Source of the DNA: Eledone cirrhosa
Taxonomy: Eukaryota
Assembly: GCA_964016885.1 (NCBI GenBank)
Contig: OZ024741.1
Coordinates: 69,316,001-69,380,000, forward strand
Direction of reading: 5' to 3'
DNA: 64,000 nucleotides
Positions within the stretch are counted from its first letter, which is position 1. Each line of letters starts with the position of its first letter. A program made the translations under genes and the position numbers. Shown piece after piece: positions 51,610 through 62,901 of the stretch. The notes beneath the pieces were generated by a model. That model searched no databases and was not told the DNA's origin. It saw only the letters and a program-made list of their open reading frames with translations.

Positions 51610-53380
51610 TTATTAAAATAATAGATTAAAGTTTAAGCAAAGAATCGCTGCTTTCACCCTTAACGGGATCTTCTGAAACTAACAAAGTCAATCTGTAAAC
51701 GCAGAAGTGGATATTTCAAAAAACGTTGCAACCGGAGGAAGACAGGAAGACGATACTTTGGTTCGTGGAAACATTCGCTGGCAAAGAACGGGAAAAAACA
51801 AATATAATACGTCATTAATAGGAGCTGTGAAAAACAATTACGAGCAAAGACAGAACCACGTTTATGGTATAAAAGAGGTCGTAGACTAATGTTCTCTTAG
51901 GTGGTTCATAGAGACGTTCTCTGTCAATGAACGAAAAAAACGAAGATAATACGTCATATGTGGAGCGTGGAGAACAATAGCACGCCAAGACAAAACCACG
52001 TAAATGGTATAGCAGAAGTCGTAGACTAAAATTCTAACTAGGAGACCGAATGAATCTCCGCTACAGAGGTAAGAACAAAGTAAATAAATACAATACGGAT
52101 GTAATAGAAATAAATAAATATATACACGCAAACAAATACGTACATACACAAGTATACGCAAAACACTTACCATAGGTATACAAAACCACGCACATATAAA
52201 TATGTGCGTGTGTGTATGCGTGTATACAAATAAATAATTATATAAACGTATATAAATAAATAAATACATATATAACAAGCGCACACACATACTTACATGT
52301 AAATACACGAATGTTCGGAGACGTAAGTCAACCAAAACATGGAGTACACATATACACACTCTACATACGTACGAACCAGCATATTCACACAGACGCGAAA
52401 CTCCCCCATACACAAAGCCAAACCATATGTACCAGAATATATAAAAATTATACGCCATAACATAAACAATCAAATATACATACGAGAAGGTATACGTACC
52501 TTCACAAAACCTACGGGTAATATATACTTACCTATGCAAATAAGTAATGGTATAAACAAAACATATACTTAGCTCCCACATCAAGACGTAAAATATCCAC
52601 GTATAGATCGTACTATCCGTTTGGGTATAACGTGGGGATGTAATACAGGAAAGTTTTCTGCAATTTATGTTTACAAGCCGAAATTGCCTCAGATTTTTTG
52701 TTTAAGATGTGGTCTGTGGCGTAGAGTATTTCCAGGGCCTCAGTGGCGCAGAGCTCACATGGTCTTTTATTTCCATTATACGATCTAGCCCAAGCTAGGA
52801 TCTCCCAGTGTAACTTATATTGGGTGTGGTTGTCTTTTAGACTCCAGATATAAGCTGAAAGTGACGTCATATTCCTTTTTAGAGGGTAACGAAAAGAATG
52901 GGTTTGCATGTAAAGACGCTGCTTGATTCTATTGGCGGTTAACCCTATGTAGGCCCTACGGGACGTGGGTGTAACAACCTTACATTTGTAGACAATGTTA
53001 CTAGAGAGTCATTTCCCGGATAGGGGGCAATCAACCCGATTCCTACAATTACAGTTAGTACTAACTACTGGGTTGCACGTGTTCCTACGGCTAGGTAGTT
53101 TAGCTAAATTTGAAGCTGTGATGTTATGTGCAAGGTTAGGAGTCGTAGAGTAAGAAATTTTAATAGTATTTCTATTAGCTAATGGTGTGGCCACCTCCAT
53201 ATTATATGGTGGGTTATACCAACAAATGCGACGGGATCTATTTCTTCTAGGTTTATTTTCGTACTCTGTATATGCTACCTTATCGAGAAATCCACTTCGA
53301 GCAAGAGCTTCATTGTAATAAGTGGAATGGTTGTTGAAAATACGCTCGTTGGTGGAAAGACGGGAAAGCCTCAACGAAAC
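51610..53380 (-). mobile_element. Penelope-like element 3' fragment (RT C-terminus, Cys linker, C-terminal GIY-YIG, long 3' UTR)
   Basis: [33 protein letters not shown][TGA]LSSNIVYKC..AYIGLT..KQRLY..TSLSAYIW..CELCATEALEI..LNKKSE..CKH; clade assignment tentative. Confidence 0.88.
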
Positions 53381-53425
53381 ATATGTATATATATATATAT
53401 ACATATATGTATGTATGTATGTATG

Positions 53426-53456
<31 letters not shown>

Positions 53457-53487
53457 GTATATATATATATACATATATGTATGTATG

Positions 53488-53526
<39 letters not shown>

Positions 53527-54283
53527 GTATGTATGTATGTATGTATGTATGTATGTATGTATGTATATATATATATAACGTATCCCAGTACAACCTGTCA
53601 CATGGTTGGGTCGTTGGCGACTAAACTGGCAACCCCACCAAGGTTTCTTGGTGAGGAGGGTGACTTTGGACATCCTGCAGGACTAAAAACAAAACCTGTC
53701 AAAGGGCAAAGGAGCTCTTAAAAGTCAATGGCCATCCAAAATCACCGGGAGAGATGACCCCTTAGCCTTTGTCAAGGCAGAATTCTAGGAGAAGGAAAAC
53801 TCTGATATAACACCTGCAACCCTGATGGTATCCAATGATGTTGACTTGTTCTTCTTTTTGGTAAATATCATCTTGGTTAAGAGAGTAGGACTGGCTTTGT
53901 GCAGTGCCTTTGCTCACTATAAAAGCTTCACGGCACAGGCATTGCTTTATATCTGGAGATCTCTCTGCATTTGTCGTCACATGGATTCCATGGGCCCAGC
54001 ACTATGTGTCAATAATTGTCACAAGTGTAGTGTTTGTACCAGAGTTTTCAAGTCGCTGGCTGGACTAAAAAGTCACACTCGTTCAGCGCATCGGTAGGGG
54101 TTCTCCTACATGGATATAAAGTAGTGGCCGTACTCGAAAACGAGCTGGCAGCCACCATATATATATATATATACATATATGTATGTATATATATATATAT
54201 ATATATACATATATGTATGTATGTGTATATATATATATATATATACATATATGTATGTATGTACATATATGTATGTATGTATA

Positions 54284-54339
<56 letters not shown>

Positions 54340-54453
54340 TGTATGTATGTATATATATGTACATCTATATATATATATATATACATATATGTATGTATGT
54401 ATATATATGTATATATATATATGTATGTATATATATATATACACATATGTATG

Positions 54454-54495
<42 letters not shown>

Positions 54496-54552
54496 TGTAT
54501 GTATGTATATGTATGTATGTATATATATATATATATATGTATGTATATCATA

Positions 54553-55352
54553 ATCTATAAAGCTCAGTGTGTGGTCATGCTCCTTTGTTATAGAAATCTA
54601 CGATATATAATTTCTTCAATTGAAATTTACAATTCAGTACTCGAAATAGCTTCGATTGCATCTTGACGCAGATAATTTTTTCAATTTCACCCACAATTAC
54701 GCAAAAAATAGATAAAACTCAGTATTTTACGATTTTTCTCTCTCATTTAAACTGCTGAACTCTTTCTACTACCATTCAAAATTTATACAACTTCATACTT
54801 TCTGCTACTTTCTCTTTCCAAGCTTGATGGTGATACTGTCCGTTCACACCACTCCCTATTGTCTTAAATTTAGAAAACACATATCCTCTATGAGGTTACT
54901 AAACCTGCTAGAAACAGCAGCTAACTCTCCCCCATATCACACCCCTCCCCACTGTCTTAAATTTAGAAAACATATCTTCTATGAGGTCACTAAACCTGCT
55001 AGAAAGAGCAGCTAACTCTCCCCCATATCACACCACTCCCTACTGTCTTAAATTTAGAAAACACACAGACAACCATGCAGAACAACTCCATTGCAGCTGT
55101 GTTGTTCGGCTGGCATCGTCTGCGCGCGTGTTGCGCAAGTACTGTGAAACAATAAATTTCAACACTTTTTTGCACAGAGATAATATCCATAGGCGAAACT
55201 ACAATTGTCACTGCTGGCACAGCTCATGCTTCCAGGTCTGCAATTCATTCACCCAGTGCCTGGCAGACAAAAAAGTGCTGCCATAAAATGGGTGGTGCAA
55301 CCTAACTTTGGTAACTTAATCACCCGAGCAACGCCGGGCTTTAATGCTAGTA
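54553..55352 (-). mobile_element. Non-autonomous Helentron-type element
   Basis: Minus strand TACTAGCATTAAAGCCCGGCGTTGCTCGGG ... CTTTATAGAT. Confidence 0.7.
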
Positions 55353-55633
55353 TATATATATATATACATATATGTATGTATATATATATATATACATATA
55401 TGTATGTATGTCTATATATATATATACATATATGTATGTATATATATATATATATGTATATATATACATATATGTATGTATATATATTGTTATACTTTGG
55501 GAGGGACATGTTGCCAATAAGAAACACACGCACCAGTTGCTTTCACTTCAATTTATTATATATTTATAAATTTACAAATCTATAAATTTCTGGTTGGTTG
55601 GTTGGTTCCACAACCAGATAGTTGTTTATATAT

Positions 55634-55678
55634 AGTCATAGTCCTTTCGTCACACACTCTGTGACCTCTTCAGTGACT
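55634..55678 (-). ncRNA. Minimal type I hammerhead ribozyme (inverted-arm copy)
   Basis: Reverse complement of 55804-55848. Confidence 0.85.
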
Positions 55679-55803
55679 GGGGATTCCTTTCTTTGTTTCT
55701 GTGCCTTTCCTTTCTTCTGTCTTACGCCATTTTGTTTCTGTGTGAAACAAAATGGCGTAGGACAGAAGAAAGGAAAGGCACAGAAACAAAGAAAGGAATC
55801 CCC

Positions 55804-55848
55804 AGTCACTGAAGAGGTCACAGAGTGTGTGACGAAAGGACTATGACT
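55804..55848 (+). ncRNA. Minimal type I hammerhead ribozyme, complete core
   Basis: AGTCA-CTGAAGA-G-GTCACA-GAGTG-TGTGAC-GAAA-GGAC-TA-TGACT. Confidence 0.87.
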
Positions 55849-56068
55849 ATATATAAACAACTATCTGGTTGTGGAACCAACCAACCAACGAGAAATTTAT
55901 AGATTTGTAAATTTATAAATATATAATAAATTGAAGTGAAAGCAACTGGTGCGTGTGTTTCTTATTGGCAACATGACCCTCCCAAAGTATAACAATATCG
56001 GTTTCAACACACGATTTCAGATAAAGAATCTTGCTAAACAAATTCAGAAACGAAATATGTATATATAT

Positions 56069-56264
56069 ATAGGAACCAGTAAGACCCCGATGGCTGAGCT
56101 CAAGCCGTTTCGACGGCTAATTCTGGACGTCCAGAATTAGCCGTCGAAACGGCTTGAGCTCAGCCGTCGGGGTCTTACTGGTTCCTATTACCCACTCTAC
56201 TACCCCAAGTATTGAGTACTTTGGTGTGTTATGGTCCACCTGGTTCCTTACCACATTTCCTTCG

Positions 56265-56266
<2 letters not shown>
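56069..56266. mobile_element. Fold-back half-hammerhead element, copy 3
   Basis: 120-bp loopless palindrome 56069-56188 plus 78-nt tail. Confidence 0.88.
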
Positions 56267-56328
<62 letters not shown>

Positions 56329-56664
56329 ATATGTATGTATGTATGTATATATGTATGTATATATGTATATATGTATGTATATATGTATATATATATATAT
56401 ATAATATATATATATATATATAATATATATATATATATATAATATATGTATATATATATATATATATAATATATGTATATATATATATATATAATATATG
56501 TATGTATATATATATATATAATATATGTATGTATATATATATATATAATATATGTATGTATATATATATAATATATGTATATATATATATATATAATATA
56601 TGTATGTATATATGTATATATATATACATATATGTATGTATATATGTATATGTATGTATATATG

Positions 56665-56727
<63 letters not shown>

Positions 56728-56728
<1 letters not shown>

Positions 56729-57070
56729 GAGGCATATGGCTTAGTGGTTAGAGCATTGGCCTTGCAATCGAAAGGTTGTGAGTTCAATTCTCGAACCGGG
56801 TGATGTGTTGTTTCCTTGAGCAAGAGACTTTATTTCACATTGTTCCAGTTTACTCAGCTGTAGAATGAGATGGTAGGGACTGAGGTCCATATCATTCCAC
56901 TGCAAAGTGGTCGTGGAGGTGCCACGGCAAAAAAAAGCACCCAGCACTCACTGTAAATGAGGTTGGTGTTAGGAAGGGCATCCAGCTGTAGAAATCAAGC
57001 CAGAATCAGTTCCCGTCCCACCCTTGCAAGCAGGGAAAAGCGGACGTAAAATGATGATGATGATGATGAT
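56728..57070 (+). mobile_element. CORE-type SINE
   Basis: As above; within (TA)n. Confidence 0.9.
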
Positions 57071-57133
57071 ACATATATGTATATATATATATATACATGT
57101 ATGTATGTATTTATATATATATATGTATGTATG

Positions 57134-57164
<31 letters not shown>

Positions 57165-57199
57165 GTATGTATGTATTTATATATATATATGTATGTATG

Positions 57200-57230
<31 letters not shown>

Positions 57231-57329
57231 GTATGTATGTATTTATATATATATATATGTATATATACATGTATGTATGTATTTATATATGTATATATAT
57301 ATATATATATACATGTATGTATGTATTTA

Positions 57330-57371
<42 letters not shown>

Positions 57372-57373
57372 CA

Positions 57374-57415
<42 letters not shown>

Positions 57416-57436
57416 CATATATGTATATATATATAT

Positions 57437-57490
<54 letters not shown>

Positions 57491-57539
57491 ATGTGTATAT
57501 ATATATATGTATATATATATATGTATATATATATATACA

Positions 57540-57582
<43 letters not shown>

Positions 57583-58351
57583 ATGTGTATATGTGTATAT
57601 ATATATATGTATATATATATATGTATATATATATATACATATATGTATATATATGTATATATATATATGTATATATATATATTGTTATATTTGGGGAGGG
57701 TCATATTTGCGTAATATTGCCAGAATTAATAACAGAACACACTCACTGTTTGGTTGGTTTTCGCTTCTCGCTGTCTTTTATATATATATATCTGCGATCT
57801 AACTTACTCGGTCCTCAATGTTGCCATTGACTGACCGGCGGTCAAAAATAATACAGATACAATATAGACAAACACATATATATATAGTTTACATAATTTA
57901 CATAAATCTTTCGTTGCACATCTGCAACATCGTCAGTGGTGTTATATTCATTGTTCCTCCTGTTGTGTTGTATGTCTACGCCATTTTTTTTGTTCAGTCT
58001 GTCTATATATTTATTTATTTATTTGCTTGTTTGTTTATCTTATTTTATTTTGTCTTCTTTGCGCATGCGTTTGCGCGTGTGTATAGTGTGATGTGTGACT
58101 AGTGTGTATAGTGTTGTGTCTGCTGGGTGACTAGTGTGTGTTTATGTGCTTGTGTATGTATTTATTTATCTTATTTTATTTTATTTAATTTACTTATTTA
58201 TTTATACTTCTCTTAGGTCAGTGTTGTTTGTTTGGGTGTTGTTGTTGTTCCACTCATTCTTTCTGTTTAGCTTTGGTCTTCTAATTTCTATTTCACTGGC
58301 CTCTCTGATTTGCCTATCTGCTGGGTCATTCCTATGTTTAGAAATTATTCT

Positions 58352-60130
58352 ATAATCAAGATGTCCCCAGATGTATGTGAAAGTACAGAGGACCTCCTCA
58401 GCAGAATCAGTGAGTGCAACAAAAACAGGAGCCTATCCAACTGCATAATAGGCAGCATGGATGTGGTGTCACTGTACCCATCCATTAACATTGATTTTGC
58501 TGTGAAAAGATGTGTGGAGATGATCATTGAGAGTGAGGTGGAGTTCTGCGACGTCGACACAGACGAACTGGGCCTCCTACTTAGACTTACCTACGACACT
58601 GACTACCTAGACAGCCATGACCTTAGATGTTTCTGCCCTAGTAGACCTATAAGAGGTAGACCCCCCACCATAACCTCAATGGCTAAAAAGACTCCCATAG
58701 GAAGGTGGATTGGGTGGACCAAAGCTATACGGACCCCCCAAAACACTGATCAGGTAAGAAAAATGGTCGCACATGCAATAGGGGCTAGTATCAAAACTAC
58801 CCTAAAGGGCCACATATTTAAGTTCAATGAGAAAATCTACACCCAAAATGAGGGAGCAGCCATCGGCGTCAGCATAGCTGGTGATGTTGCCAACCTTTTC
58901 ATGGTATGGTGGGAAAGGAGACTTAAAGATCTCCTTAATGAAAGCTCCATAGACCTCATCATGTACTCTCGTTATGTAGACGATATCAATATAGTTATAA
59001 GAACACCCCCACTAGAGAGCACTAACAAGTTTGATTTAGAACGTAGCACGATGGAAAGCATCCAGCAGATAGCTAATTCCATACACCAGAGTATAACTGT
59101 AACTATAGACTTCCCTTCCAAACACCCTAACAATAGACTACCTGTATTAGACACAGAACTCTGGATTAACACTATAGACGAGAGAGCCCAAATTCTCCAC
59201 TCACACTATGCTAAACCCATGGCCTCCAAATACCTGATACTCAAAAACTCAGCAATGTCCAGTAGTGCTAAGTTTAATATTCTGATCGCAGATTTGGTAC
59301 GAGTGATGAAGAATGTGTCCAGCATGTGCGACCCAACAGAAATGGAAGGACACATCCAACACTTCATCAACCGCATGCAGTTCTCTGGCTACAACCAAAG
59401 AGACAGAGTCAGAGTATACGAAGGAGCCATGGAAAAGTATAAGACCCTCATAGAACTGGACATGAAAGGAATTTGCCCACTATACAGGAGCAAATCATGG
59501 AATAGCTTAGATAGGGCTAGACATAAGATAGGGAAGGCCACATCATGGTACGACAACCAGAGATATCAGAGTGTCATGTTTGTGGACGCCACCCCTGGAG
59601 GGAAATTAGCTAACCAGTGTAGAAAGGCCCTGAGAAAGACCCACTTAAAAATAAAGGTGGTAGAAAAGCCAGGAACCACCATAAAATCCCTGATCAGCAA
59701 AACCTACCCTTTTAAGAAAACCCACTGTACCAATAGGAAATGTATCATATGTAAGGTGAACCCCCGGATAAACTGTAAAACTAGAAACGTAGTCTATAGC
59801 ATAAGATGTACAGAGGGTACTTGCAGAAACACGACAACAACATACATAGGTGAGACAGCTCGTAGCATAGGTGAAAGGATAGACCAACACTGGGGGGAAC
59901 TAAAAGGACGAAAAAACGGGTCAGTACTATACGAACATGCTAGACAACAACATGACGGTAACATAGACAACATAGAAATTAGAATAATATCTAAACATAG
60001 GAATGACCCAGCAGATAGGCAAATCAGAGAGGCCAGTGAAATAGAAATTAGAAGACCAAAGCTAAACAGAAAGAATGAGTGGAACAACAACAACACCCAA
60101 ACAAACAACACTGACCTAAGAGAAGTATAA
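58352..60130 (+). CDS. Penelope RT + Cys-rich linker + GIY-YIG endonuclease (5'-truncated, otherwise uninterrupted; Neptune-like, tentative)
   Basis: GSMDVVSLYPSI, GAAIGVSIAGDVANLFM, RYVDDI, LPVLD; CxxxxCxxC..C linker; VVYSIRC..YIGETARS..R..H..H...H..E..PKLN. The first 14 codons of the ORF-track call come from the inverted arm. Confidence 0.95.
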   Translation: MIKMSPDVCESTEDLLSRISECNKNRSLSNCIIGSMDVVSLYPSINIDFAVKRCVEMIIESEVEFCDVDTDELGLLLRLTYDTDYLDSHDLRCFCPSRPIRGRPPTITSMAKKTPIGRWIGWTKAIRTPQNTDQVRKMVAHAIGASIKTTLKGHIFKFNEKIYTQNEGAAIGVSIAGDVANLFMVWWERRLKDLLNESSIDLIMYSRYVDDINIVIRTPPLESTNKFDLERSTMESIQQIANSIHQSITVTIDFPSKHPNNRLPVLDTELWINTIDERAQILHSHYAKPMASKYLILKNSAMSSSAKFNILIADLVRVMKNVSSMCDPTEMEGHIQHFINRMQFSGYNQRDRVRVYEGAMEKYKTLIELDMKGICPLYRSKSWNSLDRARHKIGKATSWYDNQRYQSVMFVDATPGGKLANQCRKALRKTHLKIKVVEKPGTTIKSLISKTYPFKKTHCTNRKCIICKVNPRINCKTRNVVYSIRCTEGTCRNTTTTYIGETARSIGERIDQHWGELKGRKNGSVLYEHARQQHDGNIDNIEIRIISKHRNDPADRQIREASEIEIRRPKLNRKNEWNNNNTQTNNTDLREV

Positions 60131-60402
60131 ATAAATAAGTAAATTAAATAAAATAAAATAAGATAAATAAATACATACACAAGCACATAAACACACACTA
60201 GTCACCCAGCAGACACAACACTATACACACTAGTCACACATCACACATAACACTATACACACACGCAAACGCATGCGCAAAGAAGACAAAATAAAATAAG
60301 ATAAACAAACAAGCAAATAAATAAATAAATATATAGACAGACTGAACAAAAAAAATGGCGTAGACATACAACACAACAGGAGGAACAATGAATATAACAC
60401 CA

Positions 60403-60430
60403 CTGACGATGTTGCAGATGTGCAACGAAA
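60403..60430 (+). ncRNA. Hammerhead core + helix II in the Penelope 3' UTR (mirror copy 57909-57936, -)
   Basis: CTGACGA-T-GTTGCA-GATG-TGCAAC-GAAA; helices I and III not resolved by eye. Confidence 0.55.
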
Positions 60431-60783
60431 GATTTATGTAAATTATGTAAACTATATATATATGTGTTTGTCTATATTGTATCTGTATTAGTTTTGACCG
60501 CCGGTCAGTCAATGGCAACATTGAGGACCGAGTAAGTTAGATCGCAGATATATATATATAAAAGACAGCGAGAAGCGAAAACCAACCAAACAGTGAGTGT
60601 GTTCTGTTATTAATTCTGGCAATATTACGCAAATATGACCCTCCCCAAATATAACAATATCTGTTTCGACACACGATTTCATATAAAAAACCTCGCAAAA
60701 CTAATTCATCGCCGCTATATATATATACATATATGTATATATATATATACATATATATACATATATGTATATATATATATACA

Positions 60784-60846
<63 letters not shown>

Positions 60847-61238
60847 ATATATATATATATGGTGGCTGCCAACTCGTTTTCGAGTATGGCCACTACTTTA
60901 TATCCATGTAGGAGAACCCCTACCGATGCGCTGAACGAGTGTGACTTTTTAGTCCAGCCAGCGACTTGAAAACTCTGGTACAAACACTACACTTGTGACA
61001 ATTATTGACACATAGTGCTGGGCCCATGGTACCATCTGACGACAAGTGCAGAGAGATATATATATACATATATGTATATATACATATATGCATTGTTGTG
61101 GCTTTCTAAACTACATATTTTACACATTTCACAATGCTTCAAGCAAACTTTAACACCCTTATATATATACATATATACATATATAAACCTTACAAGGATT
61201 TACACCAGTCCGGCCTCCTGTTATTTTATTTATATATA

Positions 61239-61920
61239 TAACAAAGTGCAGGGCAATAAAGATAGACGGTAGCCACGGAGTAGGCAGACCCAGAAAAACA
61301 TGGGACGAGCTGATAAATTCCGACCTCACACGCTTACACCTCTCCAAGACAATGTCACTGGACCGAGACCTTTGGCGGTACTCAGTAATAGAGAAGACCC
61401 GCCTTACCTAAATACAAAGTAAAAACCTACTACAGTCAGTAGGCATCTCTATCAAAACACACCCCCGTCCCACCACCTCCACCCCACCCACACCGCCCCT
61501 TTCAATGTAAAGTTATGTTGGTCCCACAACATCCAGGCCGAAACAAATGAGATCGTGTAGGTGTCACGACAAAAAACACACAGTCCACGCTGTAAATGTG
61601 GCCGTGTAGGCAACACGGTAAAAACCTCCCAGCCCCACACTGTAAATGTGGTTGGTGTTAGGAAGGGCATCCAGCTGTAGAAAACCCGCCAGACAGTCCA
61701 CGCTGTAATGTGGCCGTGTAGGCAACACGGTAAAAACCTCCCAGCCCCACACTGTAAATGTGGTTGGTGTTAGGAAGGGCATCCAACTGTAGAAAACCCG
61801 CCAGACAGTCCTATGCGAGCAAGACAACCACTCTTGCCTCAAGTGGGAAAACCCCCGTCCAAACCCATGCAAGCGTGGAACACGGACGCTAAACCTGATG
61901 ATGATGATGATGATGATGAT
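61239..61920 (+). mobile_element. RTE 3' fragment (duplicated-UTR variant)
   Basis: Matches the reverse complement of 4709-5290. Confidence 0.92.
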
Positions 61921-61936
61921 ATATGTATATATACAT

Positions 61937-62791
61937 ATCATCATCATCATCATCATCACCGTTTTACGTCCGTTCTTCCACGCTAGCATGGGTTAGACGG
62001 GTTGTCCTGTTGTGGGCAGTGTCTGGTCGGCTGACCATGCCTTGCTCATACAGGAACTGATCTGGCTTGATTTCTACAGCTGGATGCCCTTCCTAACACC
62101 AACCTCATTTACAGTGAGTGCTGGGTGCTTTTTCGTGGCGCCTACACGTCCACTTTACAGTGTGGGCTGGGTGCTTTTTTGCCGTGGCACCTCCACGACG
62201 ACCACCTTGCGGTGGGGGGGGGGGGCATATTGTTTATATGCTTCAGCATGTACCCATGGGAGGTCGGGTACCCTGTATTACTGCGTGACGCCAGAAGTCA
62301 CGGTCGTGTGTCATTGACTTTGAGAGGTGTAGTTGGGTAAGGTCGGCTTTTATCACCTCATCCCAAGTCATCTTGGGTCTCCCCACTCCGCGGTTTCCAT
62401 CAACTTCTAGTGCTCTGCACCTTTTTATGCAGCTGTCATCCTTCATACGCATCACATGTCCATACCAGCGTAACCGCCTCTCCTGCACGCAGCATTTGAT
62501 TCCTCTTATGCTCAGTCTCTCTCTCAATTCATTTATGCTTTGTCGTTCACGTATATTACTGTTACACATCCATCGGAGCATGCAGGCTTCGTTTCTCTCT
62601 AATCTACGTAAGTCTTCCACCTTCAGCGCCCAGGTCTCACTACCATGCAACATCGCTGTTCGGATACACGCATCATACAGTCTGCCTTTCATTCTGAGGG
62701 AGAAGCCTTTTGCAGCTAGCAGTGGTAGTAGTTCCCTAAACTTCTTCCATCCCGTTCTTACCCTAGTTATTGTACTTTCTGAGCACCCACC
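61937..62791 (-). mobile_element. Sister-subfamily RTE 3' fragment
   Basis: [39 protein letters not shown]; (TGA)n tail; 5' end in (TA)n. Confidence 0.93.
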
Positions 62792-62795
62792 TATA

Positions 62796-62877
<82 letters not shown>

Positions 62878-62901
62878 CATATATGTATATATATATATAT
62901 A

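Larger units (their letters stand above)
55484..56056. mobile_element. Non-coding Penelope-related fold-back element: ~255-bp arms plus 58-nt tail, hammerhead in each arm
   Basis: Arms 55484-55738 / 55744-55998; 3' end homologous to 60630-60715. Confidence 0.9.
57679..60715 (+). mobile_element. Penelope-like retroelement with 5' inverted arm
   Basis: 57679-58351 is the reverse complement of ~59980-60659; an extra ~56-nt tail is at the right end; (TA)n on both flanks. Confidence 0.95.

Noticed and set aside
51880-51960. SECIS element for the TGA at 53009
   Set aside because: ATGA motifs are present, but I could not build the canonical helix II with the GA quartet by eye.
55622-55860. Mirror-image 74-aa ORFs on both strands (similarly 62763/63163 and 57818/60234)
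   Set aside because: A by-product of the palindromes.
47365-57830. Many long ORFs rich in Y/I/C/V/M/H/T
   Set aside because: They are translations of (TA)n/(TG)n microsatellites, which lack stops; no coding evidence.
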